The notes under the pieces were generated by a model. It was not told where the DNA came from, did no database searches, and saw only the letters and a list, made by a program, of their open reading frames with translations. From Planctomycetota bacterium (GTDB lineage Bacteria; Planctomycetota; Phycisphaerae; WQYP01): a stretch of DNA of 64,000 bases. The stretch is from NCBI GenBank assembly GCA_021785435.1, contig JAJYFE010000003.1:1-64000 (forward strand), written 5' to 3'. Position numbers and translations under genes: made by a program. Shown here piece after piece: positions 48,048 through 56,598 of the stretch; position 1 is the first letter of the stretch; each line of letters opens with the position of its first letter.

Positions 48048-50972
48048 ATGGAACCCTGGTACAAAATCACCACGCCGCGTAAGGAAGTGCGCGAAGGCCG
48101 GTCGTTCAACCCGGATGAATTCGCCATCCACTTAGAGCAGGTCATCGGCAAAACCGCGCCGGAAGATTACCGTGACCCGAAGCAATTTTTCGCCCGGACC
48201 TGCTTCACGCGGGCATTGCGCGAACATGCGGGTATGGTGCTGCGCCGGCTGGCCGGAGAGACCGTAAACACGGCGCCGGTGATGACGCTGATTACCCAGT
48301 TCGGCGGCGGCAAAACCCACACCCTGACGGCCCTTTACCACCTGGCGGTCAGCGGGGCCAAAGCGGCGGATTATCCCGGCATTGGCCAGCTGATAGGCCA
48401 AGCCGGCCTGGCCGCTGTGCCGGAGGCGCGGGTCGCGGCGTTCGTGGGCAACGCCTGGGACCCGAAAGCTGGCCGTGAAACGCCATGGATTGATATCGCC
48501 TGGCAGTTGGCCGGTGAAAAGGGTGTGGCCGAATTAGGAAACTCCGCCCAGACTACGCCGCCGGGGACGGAGGCGCTCCATCGCGTCTTTAAGGCGGCCC
48601 ATGCGCCGGTGCTGCTGCTGTTTGACGAGGTGCTTAATTTTCTCAATCGCCACCGGGGCATGGCCGATCAATTCCATGCTTTCATTCAGAATTTGACCGT
48701 GGCGACCACCGGCGCCACGCGCGGCGCCGCGGTGATCAGCCTGCCGCGGAGCCAGGTGGAAATGACCGATTGGGATATGCAGTGGCAGGACAAGATCACC
48801 AAGGTCGTCCGGCGCGTGGCCAAGGACCTGATTGCCAACGATGAGGCGGAAATCAGCGAGGTGGTGCGGCGCCGGCTTTTTGAGGATCCCCAGACCGAGG
48901 AAGCCCGCCAAACCCTGGAACGGGCGCGGAAAACCGCCGCCCGGATCTATGCCGACTGGTGTTTTGAACGCCGGGCGCAACTGCCGCCGGAATGCACCGC
49001 GGTGGATACCTCCACCACCCAGTCCAAGGCCAGGGATTTCCTGCGCGGCCGCTTCGAGGCCTGCTATCCATTTCATCCGGCTACGCTCTCGGTGTTCCAG
49101 AGAAAATGGCAGTCGCTGTCCCAGTACCAGCAGACGCGCGGCACGTTGGCCATGCTGGCCCAGTGGATTTCCTGGGCTTACAAGGATGGCTATGCGCACG
49201 CCCGGCGCGAGCGGCTGCTTACCCTCGGCTCGGCGCCGCTGCAGGTGCAGGAGTTCCGCGCGGTGGTGCTGGGGCAGTTGGGAGAGTCACGCCTGGAGGC
49301 AGCCATCGGCGTGGACATTGCCGGCGAGCAAGCCCACGCCCGCGCCCTTGATGCGGACGCCAAAGGAGCGCTGAAGGACATTCACCGCCGGGTGGCGACG
49401 GCGATATTCTTTGAGTCGTCCGGCGGTCAGATTGACAAAGTGGCCCATCTGCCGGAGCTGCGTTTCGCGCTCGGCGAGCCGGAAGTGGAAACCACCACGG
49501 TGGACAGCGCGGTGCGCGCCCTGGAGGATCGGTCGTATTACATTCGCACCGTTGGCTCGGACGGTTTTCGCATCGGTTACGAACCCACGATGAAAAAGGT
49601 GGTCAGCGACCGCCGGGCGTCGCTGGATGAAGAATCCGAAATCAGGCCCGCCATGCGGAAACTCGTCGAAGAGCAGTTCCGCCGGGGGGCCAGCGTACCG
49701 GTCATTCCCTTCCCGGCGGACGGGGCAGCCGTCCCGGACAATCCGAAGCTGACCCTGGTGATCCTGGACCCGACGCAGGAATGGACGGGCAATGGAGTCT
49801 GGCGCGAACAGCTTGCCCAGTGGACGCGCCAGCGCGGCCAATCGCCCCGGCTCTATCCGGGCGCGTTGGTCTGGTGCCTGAAGAAGCCCGGCCGCGATCT
49901 GCGCGAAAGCGTAGAGCTTTGGCTGGCGTGGAAGCGCGTGGAGCGGGAGATGGCGGAAGGAACGCTTGGCGAAGCCCGCGAGCGCGCTGAGTCGGCTGAA
50001 CTTCATTCGAAGGTGGTGGCGGCCGAGGCGGCGGCCAAAGACGAAGTGTGGGGCGGATACCGTTTCGCCGTCCTGGCCGAGGCCAGGGAGTCGGTCGCCG
50101 AAGGAGGCGACTCAACAAGGCAAGGCGGCCTGAAAGTTATAGACCTCGGTGCCGGCCATTCCTCCAGCGGCGAGACGCTGTGCGGCCGGGTTATCACCGC
50201 TTTGAAATCCCAGGCGATTCTGAGCGAATCGGTCGGCGCGGGCTATATCGAACGCAACTGGCCGCCGGCGCTCAAAGAAGCTGGAGCCTGGCCGCTGGCC
50301 AGCCTGCGACAGAGCTTTTTGAACGGCGCCCTGACGCGTCTACTGGACCCGGATGCCACCTTGCGTGGCAAAATCGTCGAATTCGTCAGCAAAGGTGATT
50401 TCGGTCTCGCCTCTGGCCCGCAGCCGGGCGGCGGCTACGAGCGCCTCTGGTACGCCGAGTTGCTGGCCCCGGACGAGGTCGCCTTTGAACCGGGCGTATT
50501 TCTGCTGACCAAAGCCAAGGCCCAGGCGATCAAGAATATTGCCGAGGCAGAATGGTTTGCCGTCAGGGGCGACGGCGCCGCATCCGCTCGCCCCGCCAGC
50601 GGGCGGGCAGGCTTTGTCGAGTCGTCTCCTTCGGCGACCGGCGGGGGCATCCGCTCGGGCGAGCTTTTCAGACCGCAAGCCGGAAACGAAGAGGTCCAAA
50701 CCAAAGGCGGGCAACCGGAAGCCGCCTGCCCGGCGGAGTCCGCCGCAACCGAGGCGCGTAAGAACTATCGGATCGTCGGCCAGGTGCCGCCGGAGCTTTG
50801 GAACCGTCTCGGCACACGGATCTTGCCCAAGCTGCGCAGCGCCGGCGCGGAGCTGCACGTCGGCGTCGAGTTCCAGATCGCCGTGGAGCCGCACGCCGCT
50901 ACCGCGTTCGAGTCCGACATTCATCAGATCCTCGCCGATCTCGGTCTGACCGGCCAGGTGCGAGTGGAATAA
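48048..50972 (+). CDS. DUF499 AAA+ ATPase
   Basis: PWYKITTPR, EFAIHL, TQFGGGKTH, LLFDE, VVRRRLFE, YPFHP. Confidence 0.88.
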   Translation: MEPWYKITTPRKEVREGRSFNPDEFAIHLEQVIGKTAPEDYRDPKQFFARTCFTRALREHAGMVLRRLAGETVNTAPVMTLITQFGGGKTHTLTALYHLAVSGAKAADYPGIGQLIGQAGLAAVPEARVAAFVGNAWDPKAGRETPWIDIAWQLAGEKGVAELGNSAQTTPPGTEALHRVFKAAHAPVLLLFDEVLNFLNRHRGMADQFHAFIQNLTVATTGATRGAAVISLPRSQVEMTDWDMQWQDKITKVVRRVAKDLIANDEAEISEVVRRRLFEDPQTEEARQTLERARKTAARIYADWCFERRAQLPPECTAVDTSTTQSKARDFLRGRFEACYPFHPATLSVFQRKWQSLSQYQQTRGTLAMLAQWISWAYKDGYAHARRERLLTLGSAPLQVQEFRAVVLGQLGESRLEAAIGVDIAGEQAHARALDADAKGALKDIHRRVATAIFFESSGGQIDKVAHLPELRFALGEPEVETTTVDSAVRALEDRSYYIRTVGSDGFRIGYEPTMKKVVSDRRASLDEESEIRPAMRKLVEEQFRRGASVPVIPFPADGAAVPDNPKLTLVILDPTQEWTGNGVWREQLAQWTRQRGQSPRLYPGALVWCLKKPGRDLRESVELWLAWKRVEREMAEGTLGEARERAESAELHSKVVAAEAAAKDEVWGGYRFAVLAEARESVAEGGDSTRQGGLKVIDLGAGHSSSGETLCGRVITALKSQAILSESVGAGYIERNWPPALKEAGAWPLASLRQSFLNGALTRLLDPDATLRGKIVEFVSKGDFGLASGPQPGGGYERLWYAELLAPDEVAFEPGVFLLTKAKAQAIKNIAEAEWFAVRGDGAASARPASGRAGFVESSPSATGGGIRSGELFRPQAGNEEVQTKGGQPEAACPAESAATEARKNYRIVGQVPPELWNRLGTRILPKLRSAGAELHVGVEFQIAVEPHAATAFESDIHQILADLGLTGQVRVE

Positions 50973-50986
50973 CGTCAACACCACTG

Positions 50987-51232
50987 GCGTCGCCGTTTTA
51001 ATATCCCAGCCGGCCGTCCAGGCGCTTCCTTACGGGCGCGGCTCGGACGTGGGGCGTGCGTCCCCTGTGTTAATATCCCAGCCGGCCGTCCAGGCGCTTC
51101 CTTACGGGCGCGGCTCGGACGTGGGGCCTGCGTCCCCGGTTTTAATATCCCAGCCGGCCGTCCAGTCGCTTCCTTACGGGCGCGGCTCGGACGTGGGGCC
51201 TGCGTCCCCGGTTTTAATCCCCCAGCCGGCCG
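50987..51232. repeat. 72-bp tandem repeat (three full units plus partial) containing a REP-like hairpin and the cysC 3' end
   Basis: TAAT(A/C)(T/C)CCCAGCCGGCCGT at 50999, 51071, 51143, 51215; core GCTTCCTTACGGGCGCGGCTCGG. Confidence 0.9.
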
Positions 51233-51834
51233 TGGCGGCGGAGATAATCAAAAATTTCCTGCACGCATTGCGCAACACTCTGGCGGTCCGGGTGCAGATG
51301 AATTTCAGGCTGCCGCGGCGCCTCATAGGGTGCATCCACTCCCGTGAAGCCAAGCCCGCCACCCGCGGCCACGGCGGCGCGGGCCTTTTTGTACAACCCC
51401 TTCGGATCACGCCGTTCACATTCTTCCAGCGGCGTGTCGACAAACACCTCCACAAAGTGTCCAGGTGGAACCCGGTGTCGCACGCCGTCTCGATCCGCGG
51501 CGTAGGGGCTGATAAAGCTGCAAACCACAATCATCCCCGCATCGGCGAATAACAACGCCACCTCGCCGACCCGCCGGATATTTTCGGCCCGGTCCCGCGG
51601 CGCGAAGCCAAGATCACGATTCAACCCGTGCCGCAGGTTATCCCCGTCGAGCACATAGGCCGGGTGACCGGCTGCGATCAAGGCGTGCTCCAATTCCATC
51701 GCGATGGTTGATTTGCCGCAGGCGGAAAGGCCGGTCAGCCATACGATGCAGGGGCGGATGCCCCGCACGGCGGCCCGCTGATCGGCCGTCACTTTGGCCG
51801 GATGCTTGGTAATGTTCGTCGCTTTTGTGGTCAC
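51214..51834 (-). CDS. cysC: Adenylyl-sulfate kinase
   Basis: WLTGLSACGKST, LDGDNLRHGL, RDPKGLYKKAR, FTGVDAPYEAP; GTG start 51834. Confidence 0.95.
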   Translation of the reverse strand: MTTKATNITKHPAKVTADQRAAVRGIRPCIVWLTGLSACGKSTIAMELEHALIAAGHPAYVLDGDNLRHGLNRDLGFAPRDRAENIRRVGEVALLFADAGMIVVCSFISPYAADRDGVRHRVPPGHFVEVFVDTPLEECERRDPKGLYKKARAAVAAGGGLGFTGVDAPYEAPRQPEIHLHPDRQSVAQCVQEIFDYLRRHGRLGD

Positions 51835-52336
51835 AGGATAAATTCCTACAAAGCCTATCGAAACGGAAATATTAGCAATTTCCCGGGTGAAAACAAGCCG
51901 TACAATGGCTCGGTCAGCACTTAGCTTTCGGGCACCACGGCCGAAAGCCATTCCACCGGGTCGCCGCAGGCGGCTCGCTGCGGCGGCCCGAAGGATCGCC
52001 CGGCCAGGTCACCGGGCGAAAGCCCGGTGCGTCGGTTTCGATGGCGCATCCGGGGCTCTTCGCCAAGCCGAAGTTTATGGCTGGACAGGGCCGTAGGTGG
52101 ATATCCGTACCGCCAATAGGAATCCAACCGATACCGGATAGGTATCTGTCTGATAGTGGGTCGAAAAGTCGGTATTACCGCCAATCGCGCCATTTCCCCA
52201 TGGACGCCACTCGTTCGCATTCGTTAGACTGTCAGGTGAAGTCGGCAGGGATTGAAGTCGATGGGCGTGGCCGGTGTGGCGTTTTGGTGCCGGTTGCGGT
52301 TGGTGAGGTAGCGCCAGGGGTAGGGCGCGCGATAGA

Positions 52337-52378
52337 TTGTGAAATATTGCACGAATAGATTTGTGAAATATTTCACAG
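52337..52378. promoter_or_regulatory. Tandem Rex-type operators upstream of aprB
   Basis: TTGTGAAATATTGCACGA (52337-52354) and TTGTGAAATATTTCACAG (52361-52378) versus consensus TTGTGAA-N4-TTCACAA. Confidence 0.75.
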
Positions 52379-52483
52379 AATGGAATATGATGATGTTGCC
52401 AAGCCGGTACGTACCGATGCGCTGGGCCATCGTGCGTTTCCGACCCGATATTGTATGATCAACGTTTTTTTAAGGAGAACCCC

Positions 52484-52951
52484 ATGCCAAGTTTCGTAAT
52501 CGCGGAAAAGTGTGATGGCTGCAAAGCGCTGGACAAAACCGCCTGTCAGCACATCTGCCCCAACGACCTGATGGTCTTGGATAAGCAGAAGATGAAAGCC
52601 TACAACCGCGAACCAGCCATGTGCTGGGAGTGCTACAACTGCGTGAAGATTTGTCCGACCCAGGCGATTGAGGTTCGCGGCTATGCCGACTTCGTGCCGC
52701 TGGGGGCCACCGTGACCGCTATGCGCAGCACCGAAGACATCATGTGGACGGTGCAGTTCCGCAATAAGGAAATCAAGCCCAAGCGGTTTAAGTTTCCGAT
52801 TCGCCGAGGCGTTGGGGAAGGCCAGGTGAAAGCGTTTGGGCACTATCCGACCGGCGACGAGAATCTGAAAAGCGCCACGCTGATGTGTGAGCCAGCGGGT
52901 CTGAACACCGAAAATGGGCCGGTGAAGTTCACGGCGGTTCCAAAGCTGTAA
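52484..52951 (+). CDS. aprB: Adenylylsulfate reductase beta subunit
   Basis: MPSFVIAEKCDGCKALDKTACQHICPNDLM, CWECYNCVKICP, RGYADFVP. Confidence 0.96.
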   Translation: MPSFVIAEKCDGCKALDKTACQHICPNDLMVLDKQKMKAYNREPAMCWECYNCVKICPTQAIEVRGYADFVPLGATVTAMRSTEDIMWTVQFRNKEIKPKRFKFPIRRGVGEGQVKAFGHYPTGDENLKSATLMCEPAGLNTENGPVKFTAVPKL

Positions 52952-53108
52952 GCGCGGCGGAGTTGACGGATCGGACGGATGAGTCGGATCAATCGAATCG
53001 GACGGATCAGAAAGAGCCGCGGGGCCGGAGCCTCACGGTGGATAAGAACACACAGGTCGCCGAAGAAGGCGACTCGCCAAGGCGAGCGAGCTATGGAGAC
53101 TTACCAAC

Positions 53109-55001
53109 ATGGCAAACTTTGAAACAGTAACAGTGGAAACCGACCTGCTGATTTGCGGCGGCGGCATGGCGGCCTGCGGCGCCGCGGTCGAGGCTTCTTA
53201 TTGGGCCAAGAAAAATGGCCTGAAAGTGACCTTGGTTGACAAGGCGGTGATGGACCGTTCCGGTGCGGTGGCCATGGGCCTCTCGGCCATCAACCAGTAC
53301 GTGGACCTTAACAGCGGTGCGAATACGCTGAAGGACTATTGCGACTACGTTCGCAATGACCTGATGGGCATTACCCGCGAAGATTTGGTGGCGAACATTG
53401 CCCGCCACGTGGATTCGACGGTGCACCTATTTGAAAAATGGGGTTTGCCGATCTGGAAAGACGCCGAAGGCAAATATATCCACGAGGGCCGCTGGCAGCT
53501 GATGATCAATGGCGAATCGTACAAAGTGATCGTGGCTGAAGCCGCGAAAAACGCCTTGGCCGAAGCCGGCGGGGAGTACTTCGAGCGGGTGTTTATTACC
53601 CATCCGCTGATGGACGGCGACCGCTGCGTTGGAGCCATCGGTTTCAGCACGCGCCAGAATAAGGTTTACGTTTTCAAGGCCAAGGCGACGCTGGTGGCCA
53701 TGGGCGGCGCCGTTCATGTTTTCAAACCGCGATCGACCGGTGAAGGCTTCGGGCGTTCCTGGTATCCGCCGTTCAACTCCGGCGCCAGCGCCTTTTTCAC
53801 CATCTATGGCGGCGCGGAAATGACCTGCCAGGAAGTGCGGTTTATCCCGGTGCGCTTCAAGGATGCCTATGGTCCGGTGGGGGCGTGGTTCCTGCTGTTT
53901 AAAGCGCTCGCCACGAACGCCCAGGGCGGCAATTATATGAAGGAAAACGCCGCGGAACTGGAAAAATGGCAACCGTACGGCAAGGTCAAGCCGGCCCCGG
54001 CCAACATCCGCAATTGGTTGATGATGCTCGATGTGATGGATGGCAAAGCCCCCATCTATATGCAAACCCACGACGCCATCAAGGCGATCGCGGAAAAATC
54101 GCCCGATGAAAAGGCGGCCAGGAAAAAGTTGCGGGAGCTGGAGGCGGAAGCCTGGGAAGACTTCCTGGATATGACTATCTCGCAGGCGATTCTCTGGGCC
54201 GCCACCAACGTTGAGCCGGAGAAGCGGCCCTCTGAGATCATGGCGTGTGATCCCTATTTCATCGGGTCGCACTCCGGCGCCTCCGGGGCGTGGGTCTCCG
54301 GGCCGGAAGATCTACAGAACGAAGCGACCCGGAAGGAGTATTTCTGGGGCTATCCGCACATGACCACGGTCAATGGGATGTTCGCCGCGGGCGACGCTTC
54401 CGGGGCCTCCAGCCATAAGTTCAGCTCCGGTTCGTTCACCGAGGGGCGTCTTGCCGGCAAAGCCGCGATCGCGTACATCGCCGATCATACGGCCGCGCCG
54501 AACGTGGATGGCGCTCAGGTCGAGAGCCTCAAGGCCCAGATACTCAAGCCGTTGGATACCTTCGCCCAGCACAGCAAGACGACCACGGATCCGGATGTGA
54601 ACCCGAATTATATTCGTCCGACGCAGTTCATGTATCGGCTCCAGAAAATCATGGACGAGTACGCCGGCGGCGTGTCCAGCCAGTTTAAGACCAGTGGAAA
54701 ACTGCTGGAAAAGGGCATGGAATTACTGGGTTACTTAAAGCAGGACGCCGCCTGCCTGGCGGCCGAGGACCTGCATGAGCTGATGCGGTGCTGGGAGAAC
54801 GTGCATCGCATGTTCCAGGCCGACGCCCACATGCGTTCCATCCTGTTCCGTGAAGAAACGCGGTGGCCCGGCTATTACTTCCGGTCGGATAAGCCGAGCA
54901 TGGACAACACCAACTGGCTGGCTTTCGTCAACTGCACTTACGATCGCAAGACGGAGCAGTGGGCCATGCGGAAGCGGCCGGTCAAGTATTTGACGGCGTA
55001 G
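53109..55001 (+). CDS. aprA: Adenylylsulfate reductase alpha subunit
   Basis: GGGMAACG, RSGAVAMGLSAIN, WQLMINGESYK, HKFSSGS, FREETRWPGYY. Confidence 0.97.
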   Translation: MANFETVTVETDLLICGGGMAACGAAVEASYWAKKNGLKVTLVDKAVMDRSGAVAMGLSAINQYVDLNSGANTLKDYCDYVRNDLMGITREDLVANIARHVDSTVHLFEKWGLPIWKDAEGKYIHEGRWQLMINGESYKVIVAEAAKNALAEAGGEYFERVFITHPLMDGDRCVGAIGFSTRQNKVYVFKAKATLVAMGGAVHVFKPRSTGEGFGRSWYPPFNSGASAFFTIYGGAEMTCQEVRFIPVRFKDAYGPVGAWFLLFKALATNAQGGNYMKENAAELEKWQPYGKVKPAPANIRNWLMMLDVMDGKAPIYMQTHDAIKAIAEKSPDEKAARKKLRELEAEAWEDFLDMTISQAILWAATNVEPEKRPSEIMACDPYFIGSHSGASGAWVSGPEDLQNEATRKEYFWGYPHMTTVNGMFAAGDASGASSHKFSSGSFTEGRLAGKAAIAYIADHTAAPNVDGAQVESLKAQILKPLDTFAQHSKTTTDPDVNPNYIRPTQFMYRLQKIMDEYAGGVSSQFKTSGKLLEKGMELLGYLKQDAACLAAEDLHELMRCWENVHRMFQADAHMRSILFREETRWPGYYFRSDKPSMDNTNWLAFVNCTYDRKTEQWAMRKRPVKYLTA

Positions 55002-55082
55002 CCTGGAGCCTGGCCACAGCGCCTAGCGCGGCCGGCGGGTCATGCGGGGCGCTTGTGTGCGGAGGGCGGAGCTGAGGTGCCG

Positions 55083-55192
55083 CCGGGGACACCACCCCCC
55101 ACAAGTGGGGGGCTATATCAGCGCTTACGGCCTGGCCATCGCACGCGGGCTGGTCCGGGGACACCCCCCACAAGCGGGGGGGCTATATCAGC
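55083..55192. repeat. Two direct copies of a palindromic repeat
   Basis: CCGGGGACACC..CCCCCACAAG(T/C)GGGGGGCTATATCAGC at 55083-55122 and 55155-55192. Confidence 0.75.
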
Positions 55193-55286
55193 AGGGTTGA
55201 CGCCTTGTCGTTACCCGTACGTGCCCGTGGCGGGCCGGGGCGACGGGGTGAAAAAACCGGGCTACTGGTCAATGGATGGACTGAAT

Positions 55287-55568
55287 ATGGCGGCGGCGGT
55301 AGAGAAAAACGTGTGTCCGCACTGCGGTTCCCGCCTTCAAAAATGGCGGGTGCCCTCCGGGGCGACGTGGAATGCGGAGTTTTTTCTGGTCTGTTTCAGC
55401 GACCAGTGCCCTTACTACCGCAACGGATGGGCGTGGATGAAAGCGCAATTCAACCAGCACGCTTCCTACCGTTACGTACTGAACCCCACCACAGGGGTCG
55501 GTTCGATGATTCCGGTCTGGTCGGATGACGCCACGCGGGAGCTGATCGTGGAGGCAAGCGATGGATAA
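55287..55568 (+). CDS. Small zinc-ribbon protein
   Basis: CPHC...CFSDQCPYY..GW; overlaps the next gene start. Confidence 0.75.
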   Translation: MAAAVEKNVCPHCGSRLQKWRVPSGATWNAEFFLVCFSDQCPYYRNGWAWMKAQFNQHASYRYVLNPTTGVGSMIPVWSDDATRELIVEASDG

Positions 55569-56598
55569 CGCGAACGGCCAATTCGGTTGCGCCGGCGCCG
55601 CGGTTGGGCCGGAGAAGATCAGCGCGGACCTGGGGCCTTTGGGTTGGAACGACACCTTCCGATTTGCCTGTCACCGCGGTTTGCCGTGCTTTAACCGCTG
55701 TTGCGCGGACGTGAATATTTTTCTATCGCCCTACGACGTGCTGCGGATCAAGCATCGGCTCGGGCTGACCTCCAGCGAGTTTCTGGAGCGGTATGTCCTG
55801 CTGCCGGTTGAGAAGTCGATGAAAACCCCCGTCGTTCTGCTGAAGATGAACGACGATGCGCCCCGGACCTGTCCGTTTCTGACCTCCCACGGCTGCGGCA
55901 TTTATTCCGATCGGCCTTGGCCGTGCCGGATGTTTCCCCTGGGGCTGGCGGCCCGCCGGGATACGCCGGACGGCTGGCAGGGAGAGCGTTTCTATTTCCT
56001 GCTGCGGGAGGAGGTTTGTCGCGGGTTGCACGAGCCGCGCCAATGGACCGTGCGCGACTGGTTCGATGACCAGTCCATTCACGATTATGACCGGTGGGGC
56101 GAGGCCTTCAAGGAACTTACCCTGCACCAGTTCTTCGAGACGGGTGGAGAATTACCGCCGGCGAAGTTGGAAATGATGTTCACCGCCTGCTACGACCTGG
56201 ATAAATTCCGGCGTTTTGTTTTTGAAAGTACGCTCTTGCAGCGCTTTGAAGTGGATGAGGATTTCATCGAAGAAATGCGCCGCGATGACGAAACCCTGCT
56301 GCGTTTCGCCCTGCTCTGGCTGCGGTTCAGCCTGTTCGGCGAGCGGACCATGAAAGCCCGGCCCGAAGCCGTGGCAGCGGTCCGGGGGCGCACGCAGCGG
56401 TCGGCCGCATCGAATGGTCCGCCACCGCGGGCATGGCCGCCGGCGGGGCAGGGCAAGACCGTAGCCCCAGGCGTCAGCGCGGGGTCCGGCGCTCCGGAAG
56501 CGCCGCAACCCGTCGCTTACGCTCCGGGCGATGAAGCCGGCGGTTTGGCCCGCCAGAGCCTGGACCAGGTCGGGGCGGATCAAGGGGGCGTACCATGA
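55561..56598 (+). CDS. YkgJ-family (CxxCxxCC) cysteine cluster protein
   Basis: FACHRGLPCFNRCC, CPFL...C.IY..RP..CRMFP. Confidence 0.85.
   Translation: MDNANGQFGCAGAAVGPEKISADLGPLGWNDTFRFACHRGLPCFNRCCADVNIFLSPYDVLRIKHRLGLTSSEFLERYVLLPVEKSMKTPVVLLKMNDDAPRTCPFLTSHGCGIYSDRPWPCRMFPLGLAARRDTPDGWQGERFYFLLREEVCRGLHEPRQWTVRDWFDDQSIHDYDRWGEAFKELTLHQFFETGGELPPAKLEMMFTACYDLDKFRRFVFESTLLQRFEVDEDFIEEMRRDDETLLRFALLWLRFSLFGERTMKARPEAVAAVRGRTQRSAASNGPPPRAWPPAGQGKTVAPGVSAGSGAPEAPQPVAYAPGDEAGGLARQSLDQVGADQGGVP

Noticed and set aside
50987..51232. CRISPR array
   Set aside because: Units are near-identical over the whole 72 bp, with no unique spacers and no cas genes
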